A stretch of DNA of 64,000 nucleotides from a virus. Its lineage: Duplodnaviria > Caudoviricetes. Both the position numbers and the translations under genes were made by a program. The stretch is taken from IMG/VR virus record IMGVR_UViG_3300017560_000002, positions 3,587-67,586 of that record; one strand, given 5' to 3'. The notes below the pieces were generated by a model. It made no database searches and was not told the origin of the DNA. It saw nothing but the letters and a program-made list of their open reading frames with translations. This document shows positions 8,737 to 16,469 of the stretch, piece after piece; within the stretch, counting starts at the first letter, position 1; each line of letters begins with the position of its first letter.

Positions 8737-8996
8737 GACGTCACCGCGAATTCGACGATTTCCACCGGCTCGCAGACTTCCCCTTTATGACTGTATGGTC
8801 CGCGTGCCGGCTCGATCGTGCCATCGATCAGGAAATTGCAAGCCGACTGGTGACCGTCGACCGTTCCCGCCAGTTTGGTTGCGCCGTCAAACGACGTGCG
8901 GACCCAGTACGAGCCGTGCGCGAAGAACGGAGCGCCGATATGAACGTCAAGGAACGCCACCGTGCGCCCGGTCCGGGTGAATGTCGCCCCGTTCAT
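8733..8996 (-). CDS. Hypothetical protein
   Basis: Stop/start overlaps with both neighbours. Confidence 0.55.
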   Translation of the reverse strand: MNGATFTRTGRTVAFLDVHIGAPFFAHGSYWVRTSFDGATKLAGTVDGHQSACNFLIDGTIEPARGPYSHKGEVCEPVEIVEFAVTS

Positions 8997-10060
8997 TTGC
9001 CGATCCTCTTTTTGCAGTCCTCGTCGATCTGGCGGTTAAGACTGACTTCGTCGCCGGCCTCGTGGCCTGACCAGTAAGCGTTCTGGTCGAGCCGGTTGGC
9101 CTCGCGCTGCTCCCGTCGCCTCCACTGTTCAGCCGCCCGCTTCTCGGCCTTCTTCTCGCGTTCCAGACGCTTGCGCTTCTGCGCCTCCGTTTCGGGCTTC
9201 GACGGTTCGCTCTGCTGGCGAGCAAACTCCTGCGCCCGATCGAGCGAGTAGCCGTACGACATGTACGTCGCGACTTCGTGACCGTGCGGGCCAACGTTGG
9301 CGTCGTAGATCGCCTGTCGTCTGTCGCTTGCGGCTCTAGCCTCCGCCGCGTGCCGCTCTCGGTTGCGAGCGGTGGTCCCCGGCTCGAGGCCCTTGATCAG
9401 GTCGTTGTTAAGGTCCTTCTCACGCTGGACCACGTCACCAAGGTACAGGACGAGGCCGGTGCCGGGTGCCGCGCCCGGATGGCTACTCCGGGCCTTCTCT
9501 TCGCGTTCCTTCTTCGCCTGCTCTTCAAGCAGCGCCTTAAATTGCTCTTCGAGCCGCTCGTGCAGGCGGTACGCGCAGCCTTCCTTGAAGGAATGCGCCT
9601 CGCGCGTGAAATACCGGGCCGGGTCGTTACCGACGAAGTTCCGCGCCAGCCGCTCGATAGCCTCGAGCAGATACTCGAACATCAGCGACACGGTGGTCAC
9701 GTTGTCGACCCGGCCGATCAGGTCGTAGCCGTCGAAAATCTTCTGGCCTCTACCGACCTTGAAGCGGGCGAGCGCGACGCAGTAATTCACTTCCGCCACG
9801 GTCTTCATCAGGTGGCGCTGCCACGAGTAGACCTGCCGCTTATTTACGGCCGTCCGTTCACGCTTGCCGCCTTCGCTGTTCGTAGCGCCGCCGCTCGCCT
9901 CGACGGCAGCCATCGACAGGTTGTGTTCCGCCAGAATGCGCTGGACGTGGCTGGCGGCGAGAGCCGCCTCCGCTTCGGTGGCTCCCGCATCAGTGGTGAG
10001 AGCCATCAGCTTCCGGATGCGTGAAATGACAGCTTCGGACGCGGTGCTTTGCTGGGTCAT
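8993..10060 (-). CDS. DUF2786-like domain protein
   Basis: N-terminal VISRIRKLMAL....ATEAEAALAA...RILAEHNLS. Confidence 0.75.
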   Translation of the reverse strand: MTQQSTASEAVISRIRKLMALTTDAGATEAEAALAASHVQRILAEHNLSMAAVEASGGATNSEGGKRERTAVNKRQVYSWQRHLMKTVAEVNYCVALARFKVGRGQKIFDGYDLIGRVDNVTTVSLMFEYLLEAIERLARNFVGNDPARYFTREAHSFKEGCAYRLHERLEEQFKALLEEQAKKEREEKARSSHPGAAPGTGLVLYLGDVVQREKDLNNDLIKGLEPGTTARNRERHAAEARAASDRRQAIYDANVGPHGHEVATYMSYGYSLDRAQEFARQQSEPSKPETEAQKRKRLEREKKAEKRAAEQWRRREQREANRLDQNAYWSGHEAGDEVSLNRQIDEDCKKRIGK

Positions 10061-10097
10061 TAGGCAGGTCTCCTATATCGGAAGAGGATTTCGGGGT

Positions 10098-10706
10098 TTA
10101 CCACTCGACGGCTTCGCCGCGCTTGATCTTGGCGCGCAGACGGTTGCCGATATTCATGCGGATCAGGCCCGGATTGGGCAGTTCGAGGTACTTGTCGTTC
10201 CAGACGCCGTTCCGCTCGGCGAATTCCCGGAGCGCCGCCGGCTCGTATTCCGTCAGCCGGGCCTTGATGTCGTCACCCTTGGCGGGCTTCGGCGCAACCA
10301 CCGGGCTGACGCCGTCAACTCCGGAGCCGCTCTTGTTAACTCCGGGGCGGCTCCCGTCAACCGGACGGACGGGCAGCGACAGGCGCGGATCGGGCACCCA
10401 GCGGCAGATGCGCTGGTCCCACACGGTGCCCGGCGGGCGTCCCTTCTTGGGCTTCTTCTTGAGATTGTCGAGCCGAATACGCTGTGCGGCCTTGAGTTCG
10501 GCCTCAAACGCCAGCGTGGCTTCGTCCTTGACCTTGGGCTCTGCCGACAGCCGGTAAGGCTCGACGGGCGTGCCCTTGATTGCTTCGCGGCAATCGTCGA
10601 GCCACGCTCGCAATTCCGGCGACATTGTCGGCCAGTTGTCGAGTTCTTCCTGTGACGGGTAGGTGGAGCGGTAGACCAGAATGCTGCTGCGGGATGGGCC
10701 AAACAC
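10098..10706 (-). CDS. Paralogous-domain protein C
   Basis: C-terminal PNPGLIRMNIGNRLRAKIKRGEAVEW; leader upstream; exact start uncertain. Confidence 0.75.
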   Translation of the reverse strand: MFGPSRSSILVYRSTYPSQEELDNWPTMSPELRAWLDDCREAIKGTPVEPYRLSAEPKVKDEATLAFEAELKAAQRIRLDNLKKKPKKGRPPGTVWDQRICRWVPDPRLSLPVRPVDGSRPGVNKSGSGVDGVSPVVAPKPAKGDDIKARLTEYEPAALREFAERNGVWNDKYLELPNPGLIRMNIGNRLRAKIKRGEAVEW

Positions 10707-10748
10707 GGCGGGTATCTCCTATTTCGGGACGGTAAAGGCCGTGGCTCA

Positions 10749-10778
10749 ATGTAACCACGGCCTAGGGGTATCGGTCAA
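10749..10778 (-). promoter_or_regulatory. sigma70-like promoter
   Basis: TTGACC-N18-TTACAT with preceding GTGG. Confidence 0.5.
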
Positions 10779-11116
10779 GATACCTCGTCGCTCGCCGACA
10801 TCACGAAGGCCGGGCGAATGACGAGGCCCAAGATCAGATCGCCTTCCTCGTCGAGGAACCGGAAGCAACGGACCGGGCTGGTTTCGGCATCGTCCTCGAC
10901 CCAGTGGCCGGTTGCGGCGATCGACTGGCCTTCGTCGTCCTCGTAGTGGCCGCTCTCGACGATCTCTTCCTTGATGGCGAGCGACTTAAGGCGCTCGATC
11001 GTCGCCGGCTCGACGTCGAGCAGGGCGACGCCGTACGGCGTGATGTCGTCGAAGAAGTTATCGAACTTAAGGTCCGTGTTGATGTTCCGGTAGTTAGCGA
11101 ACCAGACTTCCGTCAT
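10775..11116 (-). CDS. Acidic hypothetical protein
   Basis: CGACATAGGAG leader. Confidence 0.65.
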   Translation of the reverse strand: MTEVWFANYRNINTDLKFDNFFDDITPYGVALLDVEPATIERLKSLAIKEEIVESGHYEDDEGQSIAATGHWVEDDAETSPVRCFRFLDEEGDLILGLVIRPAFVMSASDEVS

Positions 11117-11174
11117 TTCGGTCTCCTATGTCGGGACGAAGAAGGCGGCGCGGATGACGCGCCGCCGGTTGGGA

Positions 11175-11381
11175 TCAGTCGATCGCGGTGACGGACACGG
11201 CGTCCAGATAGCCCAAGGTCGGGCGGCGGTTAAAGTGGAGGACGCCAACGCCGCCGTCGCGAATGTCGCTCTGGATGCGCGCAACGGCGCTCGGATGTAG
11301 CTGAAAAACCAAGATCAGGGTGGACATCGGGGCGTCCATGACCCAGTCGCCAGCGGAGGAAGTGACGCGGAATTTCGGCAT
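11175..11381 (-). CDS. Small hypothetical protein
   Basis: Leader and promoter upstream. Confidence 0.6.
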   Translation of the reverse strand: MPKFRVTSSAGDWVMDAPMSTLILVFQLHPSAVARIQSDIRDGGVGVLHFNRRPTLGYLDAVSVTAID

Positions 11382-11421
11382 TTCAGGCTCCTATGTCGCG
11401 GCCGTGATCGACCGTACACGA

Positions 11422-11450
11422 AGTATACCACGCGACGGCCCGCAATTCAA
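11422..11450 (-). promoter_or_regulatory. sigma70-like extended -10 promoter
   Basis: TTGAAT-N17-TATACT. Confidence 0.7.
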
Positions 11451-11489
11451 GCGTCGCGGAATTCCGTCGAAGGGAACCTGTTGCCGTGG

Positions 11490-11504
11490 TTAACGCCGGG
11501 TTAA
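11490..11504. promoter_or_regulatory. CtrA-type box
   Basis: TTAA-CGCCGGG-TTAA(C); identical to the 7836 box. Confidence 0.75.
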
Positions 11505-11659
11505 CAAACGATGGTGGCTAGTGCAGCGGTGGTCTTCGGACTCCCTGAATGCCTCGCCCAGTTGCGTGGCTTCCCGTCTGGCAGCCATGGCGCGTTCCGC
11601 CCGGCGCTGAATTTCGGAGAGCTCGAGCAACACGTCGAGCGCGATTGCTTCCCGGTTGA

Positions 11660-11866
11660 TCACGACGCCAGCGCCGCAATTCTGCCGACCATGGTGATGG
11701 CGACAAAGCCGATGCCGGCGACGAGGGCGGTCACCAACGCAAACAGCCACGTCGGCATGACGTACAGCAAGTCGGGCTGCTCTGCGGCCTTGCGATGTAC
11801 TTCCGCGCGGGCACGACCCAAGCGGACGTGCGCTGGAATTAAGGCGGGTGCGTTCTTCATATCCAA
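11660..11866 (-). CDS. Small protein with a C-terminal TM helix
   Basis: WLFALVTALVAGIGFVAITMVG; ATG 11860 is a possible start. Confidence 0.5.
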   Translation of the reverse strand: MDMKNAPALIPAHVRLGRARAEVHRKAAEQPDLLYVMPTWLFALVTALVAGIGFVAITMVGRIAALAS

Positions 11867-11905
11867 GCTCCAGACAGGAACACTCGGAGGGAAGCACGCA
11901 AATCG

Positions 11906-11920
11906 TTAACAGGAGGTTAA
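11906..11920. promoter_or_regulatory. CtrA-type box
   Basis: TTAA-CAGGAGG-TTAA(C). Confidence 0.7.
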
Positions 11921-12327
11921 CGCCCGGCAGCTTCGCGCGCCAGCCTTTCCGCGCGTCTCTGCTGGGCTCCGGAGAGCTTCTTCGGTGGCCGGGTAGCTTT
12001 GGGCGCGGCCGGCTTTGCAGGCGGCTCGTCGGCCTTCCTTGCGGCTTTCTTGACCGCCTGCACGGTCGGTGGCAGCGACACTGCGACTTTCACCCGATCG
12101 ACTTCCGCAGCCGACCGACGGTCCGGTGTCTGAATTTCAGGCGGTGACGTGCCGACGTGGCGCAGGAATTCGTTGGTGACACACTGCGTCCGTCCGTTAT
12201 CCCAGCCTACTTCCGAGACTTCCAGACCGGGAACTTTGATGGTGCCCGTCATGCCGCTGTGCGTCGAGCCGATGTCGTAGACGCGGTCACCCTTCTGAAA
12301 AGCCGGCGGCGTCTTATCCTTCGGCAT
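11917..12327 (-). CDS. Hypothetical protein with an SH3-like N-terminus and a basic tail
   Basis: FQKGDRVY..G.I....EVGWDNG; Lys/Ala/Pro-rich C-terminus. Confidence 0.55.
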   Translation of the reverse strand: MPKDKTPPAFQKGDRVYDIGSTHSGMTGTIKVPGLEVSEVGWDNGRTQCVTNEFLRHVGTSPPEIQTPDRRSAAEVDRVKVAVSLPPTVQAVKKAARKADEPPAKPAAPKATRPPKKLSGAQQRRAERLAREAAGR

Positions 12328-12958
12328 GGCAAAATTCCCCGAGTTCCGCCTCGCCCATGCCGCAACGACGGCACAGACCTAGCACGACTTCGCCGTTCCG
12401 ATCCTTGATTGCGTCGGGTGCGTCCGCGTCACCGGTCTGGTACAAGTGGTGGCGGCCGGACGGTGGCGGCGATCCCTCCAGAATGGCCGTCTGCGGACCG
12501 GCCTGCTGGTCTTGGTACTTGCCTTCGTACGGCAGCGCCGTGCGGTGGTCCAGCTGGTGGAAGACGATCTGGGCAATTCCGGAGCCGGCTTCGACGTATA
12601 TCGGCACGGCCGGCGGCGTCTGTCCTCTGTCCGGTAGACGCGGTGGCCCGTGGTAAGTGATCTCGAGCGTCAGAAAGCCACGCCAGCCGGGCTCGATCAC
12701 AGTGTTCTGGACGAACAGGCCGCGACGCGCCCAAGTGCTCTTGTCGTGTACGACGGCGAGCACGGCACCCGGCATGTTGAAGCGCTCGACAGTGCTGGCT
12801 AGCACGAACTGACCGGGAAGCAACACGAGCTTCTCGGCAACGCGCACGTCGTAACCGGCCGGTCCCAGCCCGAAGGTCACGCCATTGTGGCGCGTCCTCT
12901 GGCAGAACGGTTCGACAGGCTGGAGCGCCTGAATGGTCTGTGCCGACAGGACCGTCAT
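12314..12958 (-). CDS. dcd: dCTP deaminase (trimeric dUTPase superfamily)
   Basis: AGYDVR, KSTWARRG, TVIEPGWRGFLTLE motifs. Confidence 0.85.
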   Translation of the reverse strand: MTVLSAQTIQALQPVEPFCQRTRHNGVTFGLGPAGYDVRVAEKLVLLPGQFVLASTVERFNMPGAVLAVVHDKSTWARRGLFVQNTVIEPGWRGFLTLEITYHGPPRLPDRGQTPPAVPIYVEAGSGIAQIVFHQLDHRTALPYEGKYQDQQAGPQTAILEGSPPPSGRHHLYQTGDADAPDAIKDRNGEVVLGLCRRCGMGEAELGEFCHAEG

Positions 12959-13536
12959 TGCTCGCTTCCCTCCCGCATCAGTTCCTTACGGAGGCACTCG
13001 GCGTCGGCAGCTTGAATTTCAGCCGCCCGCGCCTCGACGGCCGCTTCGGAGAACAGCCCTTCAAACAGGGCGCGTACGTCCTCCGGACTGCGGGCCGGAT
13101 CGGTCGGCTCCATTGCGAAAATCTCCAGAATTTCGCCCGCCTTGCCCTTCACCGGCCGGTTATCGATCAACTTACCGCACGCCAGCGCGTCCATATAGAT
13201 GGCGGCGTTGGCAAGGATGAAGCAACCGTGGTGAATGCCGGTCTTGGTGTCGTAGTCCTGCCCGTCCTTGAGAGCCTTGACGTGGCGCTCGAGCGCTTCG
13301 ATGTAGACGAGCGCGAGCACCTTTGCGACGCGGTAATTGTACGGCCCGTATTTGCCGGCACCGTTACCCATGCCGATCGCGGTAAAGACTTCGGCGGTGG
13401 CCGGCACGACGCCGAGCGGAACCTTGAGGTCCCCGAGACCGTCCTTAGGGTTGACGCTGTTCTCGGCGACGGGGCGCAGGCCGCTTACGTATCCGGGCGC
13501 GCGATATGGCGCGGCCGTTCTCTGGTTGTCCGACAT
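12955..13536 (-). CDS. DUF5664-type dATP/dGTP diphosphohydrolase
   Basis: NPKD..G..KVPL.VVP..GAGKYGPYNYR..ALERH...G.DYD..TG.HH...LAN pattern. Confidence 0.75.
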   Translation of the reverse strand: MSDNQRTAAPYRAPGYVSGLRPVAENSVNPKDGLGDLKVPLGVVPATAEVFTAIGMGNGAGKYGPYNYRVAKVLALVYIEALERHVKALKDGQDYDTKTGIHHGCFILANAAIYMDALACGKLIDNRPVKGKAGEILEIFAMEPTDPARSPEDVRALFEGLFSEAAVEARAAEIQAADAECLRKELMREGSEQ

Positions 13537-13601
13537 AGATGTGCTCTCCTAGGGCGCGGGCCGATAGGAGAGCACGACGCGGGGCACCACGTCAAGGAGG
13601 G

Positions 13602-13814
13602 TCAGACCCAACGCGGCTGGAACGTATCGACGTGGTCGCCCTCGTAGAAGTAGGCCGACATTCCGTCCCGATTGACGCGCACCCGGTGCTCGCCGGCAGA
13701 GCTCTCGACGACGGCTTTCCAGCCACGGGCGCGAAGGAGCGCCGCGACGGCGCGCGCCTCGCCGCGAGTGCGGAACACGTCGCCGTCGAGGACTTTGGTT
13801 TGCTTGGTGGTCAT
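13602..13814 (-). CDS. Small hypothetical protein
   Basis: ATG 13814 preceded by CAGGAG. Confidence 0.55.
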   Translation of the reverse strand: MTTKQTKVLDGDVFRTRGEARAVAALLRARGWKAVVESSAGEHRVRVNRDGMSAYFYEGDHVDTFQPRWV

Positions 13815-13837
13815 GGCAGGTCTCCTGTTTCGAGGGA

Positions 13838-14017
13838 TTAGCGGCGGTTCAGGCCCAGCAGGTCCAGCCCGCGATAGGTATATTCCGCCGTCAGGTTGGC
13901 GAACAGGCGGACGCCTTCGACGTCCATAGCGTCGCGCGCGTCGTTCGCCCGGTTGTGGGCGAAATCGGCAAGCCTGAAAGCTTCGGCGGCATCGGTGATG
14001 GTGGCGGCGCGGGGCAT
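13838..14017 (-). CDS. 59-aa hypothetical protein (not in the ORF track)
   Basis: MPRAATITDAAEAFRLADFAHN...; leader at 14024-14038 and promoter upstream. Confidence 0.6.
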   Translation of the reverse strand: MPRAATITDAAEAFRLADFAHNRANDARDAMDVEGVRLFANLTAEYTYRGLDLLGLNRR

Positions 14018-14057
14018 TGCGGTCTCCTATGTCGCGGGCGAAATTGCCCGTAAACGA

Positions 14058-14086
14058 AGGAAACCACATTGCCCGGTGGAATTCAA
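14058..14086 (-). promoter_or_regulatory. sigma70-like extended -10 promoter
   Basis: TTGAAT-N17-TTTCCT. Confidence 0.55.
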
Positions 14087-14105
14087 GCGCAGCCGATAAG
14101 CGTGG

Positions 14106-14120
14106 TTAATGGCTGGTTAA
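14106..14120. promoter_or_regulatory. CtrA-type box
   Basis: TTAA-TGGCTGG-TTAA(C). Confidence 0.75.
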
Positions 14121-14338
14121 CCGTTATGCTCCTGCTCGACGCCCCGCAGGAGCGCCGCGAAGCTGGGGTACACGACGCCTCCGCGACGATAAGTCGCACG
14201 ACCCTTGTCGTCTTTGTCAATGTACGCATGACCGTCGCGCCGACCGTGCCAGTCGAACAAAAGCACTTCGGCACCGTGAAGCCGGACGACGTGGCCCGCG
14301 CCACGTGCGAAGTATTTTGACAGGGCGTACCTAGCCAT
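14117..14338 (-). CDS. Hypothetical protein
   Basis: ATG 14338 (MARYALSKYF) preceded by AAAGGA. Confidence 0.5.
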   Translation of the reverse strand: MARYALSKYFARGAGHVVRLHGAEVLLFDWHGRRDGHAYIDKDDKGRATYRRGGVVYPSFAALLRGVEQEHNG

Positions 14339-14361
14339 TGTGTCGGTCCTTTCCGGGCGGC

Positions 14362-14571
14362 TCAAGCCGCCCGATCCTCCGCCGCGACTTTGCGCGCGGC
14401 TCCAGCCATATACTCGCCGAGCGCGGGATTGCGGTAGGTGGCTTCCGCCAACAGACCACGCACGGGCATTTTGACGAGTTCTGCCGAGCGCTCGAACAGC
14501 GCGGGCAGAACGTACGCGTCGGCGACGGAAACGTTGAAACGGGCGGCAAAGGCGGCGAACTCTTGGTGCAT
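14362..14571 (-). CDS. Hypothetical protein
   Basis: ATG 14571 preceded by GGAGGG; promoter upstream. Confidence 0.6.
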   Translation of the reverse strand: MHQEFAAFAARFNVSVADAYVLPALFERSAELVKMPVRGLLAEATYRNPALGEYMAGAARKVAAEDRAA

Positions 14572-14606
14572 AACACCCTCCTGCGGGCGGAATTGCCCGA
14601 AACAAT

Positions 14607-14635
14607 ACAAAATCACGCTTCGAGACGGAATTCAA
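14607..14635 (-). promoter_or_regulatory. sigma70-like extended -10 promoter
   Basis: TTGAAT-N17-TTTTGT. Confidence 0.55.
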
Positions 14636-14654
14636 GCGTGGCCGATAAACGTGG

Positions 14655-14669
14655 TTAACGATGTATTAA
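14655..14669. promoter_or_regulatory. CtrA-type box
   Basis: TTAA-CGATGTA-TTAA. Confidence 0.75.
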
Positions 14670-14896
14670 TCGCTCGCCGTCTCGACGTTGCTGACGGCGT
14701 CGTCGAGGCTGGACACGGCGCTTTCAAGCTCGCTGATAGCCTGATCGGCGCGGTCCCCCGCGTCGCCGTTCTGCAGGTTCTCGGGCATGTTGTCGCGGTA
14801 CTCCTGCTCTTCCTGCAGACATTCCTCGATCGTTTCCTTGGCGGAGTTGATCTGCTCGAGCGCCTCTTGCAGGCGCTTACGTCGGTCCTTGTTCAC
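14666..14896 (-). CDS. Coiled-coil hypothetical phage protein
   Basis: MNKDRRKRLQEALEQI..EEQEYRDNMPENLQ; GTG start preceded by GGAG. Confidence 0.7.
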   Translation of the reverse strand: MNKDRRKRLQEALEQINSAKETIEECLQEEQEYRDNMPENLQNGDAGDRADQAISELESAVSSLDDAVSNVETASD

Positions 14897-14910
14897 TGTG
14901 CTCTCCTGTG

Positions 14911-15093
14911 TCAATACGGGCATTCGTAAGGCTCGGGAACGCGCACGCCGCGCGCCTCGATCAGGTCCTGCATGTCGACCCACTCGGCTTCAAGTTCGGC
15001 CTGCTGTTCGGCGCGAATTTGAGCGGGCGTATCGACGCCGTAAAACTCGCAGGCTTCGGTGTAGGTGTTGAAGTGGTCGGCCCAAGACGCCAT
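14911..15093 (-). CDS. Small hypothetical protein
   Basis: CGACATAGGAG leader. Confidence 0.65.
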   Translation of the reverse strand: MASWADHFNTYTEACEFYGVDTPAQIRAEQQAELEAEWVDMQDLIEARGVRVPEPYECPY

Positions 15094-15149
15094 CGAAGTC
15101 TCCTATGTCGCGGGCGGGCGGCTCCAAGAGCCGCCCGGTGGTTTGAGGG

Positions 15150-15470
15150 TTACGAGAAGAAGATGCCGCGCATCTTGTTGAATTTCGGGTCCCGATCGTC
15201 GCGACCGAAACGAGCCGTTTCCATACCGGCCCGGCGACCGGTGAGGCAAAGCGTGATCGAAGCCGGCCACGCCTTGGTGCCAGTGTTGTACCGGCCCGAC
15301 ACGCCGTAGGCATTGATGCGGTTTTCGTCGGGGGTCGTCCACCGGCTCGCCCTCACACGGCGGGTCTCGCGTCCCAGCGTGACTTCGACAGTGCCGTCCT
15401 CAATGGTGCCAAACGAATGGTTCTCGACGGTGCCGTTCGGCTCGAAGGTGGAGGCGTTGATTGCGGTCAT
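15150..15470 (-). CDS. Hypothetical protein
   Basis: Leader variant CGACATAGGGA and promoter upstream. Confidence 0.65.
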   Translation of the reverse strand: MTAINASTFEPNGTVENHSFGTIEDGTVEVTLGRETRRVRASRWTTPDENRINAYGVSGRYNTGTKAWPASITLCLTGRRAGMETARFGRDDRDPKFNKMRGIFFS

Positions 15471-15511
15471 CGGATCGTCCCTATGTCGCGGGCGGAAGAG
15501 CCCGTGCAGAA

Positions 15512-15540
15512 ACTATACCACGGGACGACTTTGGGTGCAA
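15512..15540 (-). promoter_or_regulatory. sigma70-like extended -10 promoter
   Basis: TTGCAC-N17-TATAGT. Confidence 0.7.
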
Positions 15541-15579
15541 TGTTGGAAGAGTTCCGGCGAACAGGAACTTTAGGCGTGG

Positions 15580-15594
15580 TTAACAGATCGTTAA
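15580..15594. promoter_or_regulatory. CtrA-type box
   Basis: TTAA-CAGATCG-TTAA. Confidence 0.75.
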
Positions 15595-15773
15595 TCGACT
15601 TCGCCGTCGTCGGACGCCAGCACGCGCGTCGCGTGAACGGCCTTCCAGCTTTGCCGATGGCGGTCCACGACAAACGCCGAGCAGCGCGCAAGCGGAGACA
15701 TTCGCAGGAATTCGGTAATCAGCAGGCGACGATCGGTCGGACCCGCGCCTTGCTCGAGCGCCTTAGTCGTCAT
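15591..15773 (-). CDS. Small hypothetical protein
   Basis: Stop/start overlap with the upstream gene. Confidence 0.5.
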   Translation of the reverse strand: MTTKALEQGAGPTDRRLLITEFLRMSPLARCSAFVVDRHRQSWKAVHATRVLASDDGEVD

Positions 15774-16050
15774 CAGGTATTCGGAGCACGTCGCGAATTT
15801 TCGTCACGTCGTTGGACAAGGCGATCGCGGCGACGGTCATCTGGTCGACGGCCTTTTCCGCCCGATCGACGAAGTCCAGCACCGGCTTAAGGTCTTTCCC
15901 TTCGATTTCGTAAGTCGTCCAGCGGTGGCCGCAGCCCTCGCATCTTCGCCGACGGCGGATAGTTCTGGCCGTCGTGCGACTGTCGATAACCAGACTGCGA
16001 TGCTCGACGAGGCAACCGGGGCACGACGGCCGCTGTCTGTCTTTAGGCAT
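15763..16050 (-). CDS. NrdR-like zinc-ribbon protein lacking the ATP-cone
   Basis: CPGC..SLVIDSR...IRRRRRCEGCGHRWTTYE matches the NrdR N-terminus. Confidence 0.75.
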   Translation of the reverse strand: MPKDRQRPSCPGCLVEHRSLVIDSRTTARTIRRRRRCEGCGHRWTTYEIEGKDLKPVLDFVDRAEKAVDQMTVAAIALSNDVTKIRDVLRIPDDD

Positions 16051-16053
16051 CAG

Positions 16054-16446
16054 TCATCGCCTCGATTTAAACCGAAACTGGTTGGAACAACTAGTTGAAC
16101 AAAACTGCTGCATCGCGCTCTCGCCGTATTTGATGGCGAGAAACGCCTTGCCGCAATTGACGCAGTTGCGCGGATGCTTGCGCCTCCGGGTCCCGCCGGT
16201 CAGGTAGTAGCGGACCGTATCTCGGTCGATCTTCATAAACCGGGCGATGCGGAGTAACGCCCAGCGATGCTCGGAATATAGGTGCTGAATAACGGCGGCG
16301 CGGGCCTTCCTTTGCTTCAAGTAACGCAGCGGTCCGGACACCAGCACTTCGCTCACCGTGACCTTGTGGCTCTCGCAGATCAGCTTGATTCCCGCCATCG
16401 TCTGCCTGTGCGGCGTCACGACGACGGTGTTTTCATCGATCGACAT
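16054..16446 (-). CDS. DnaA C-terminal-like HTH fused to a Cys4 zinc finger
   Basis: ARAAVIQHL..LLRIARFMKIDRDTVRY (compare DnaA LP.IG..F.GRDHTTV); CVNC...CSTSC. Confidence 0.55.
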   Translation of the reverse strand: MSIDENTVVVTPHRQTMAGIKLICESHKVTVSEVLVSGPLRYLKQRKARAAVIQHLYSEHRWALLRIARFMKIDRDTVRYYLTGGTRRRKHPRNCVNCGKAFLAIKYGESAMQQFCSTSCSNQFRFKSRR

Positions 16447-16469
16447 ACTTTCGCCCCCTAAAGTACGTG

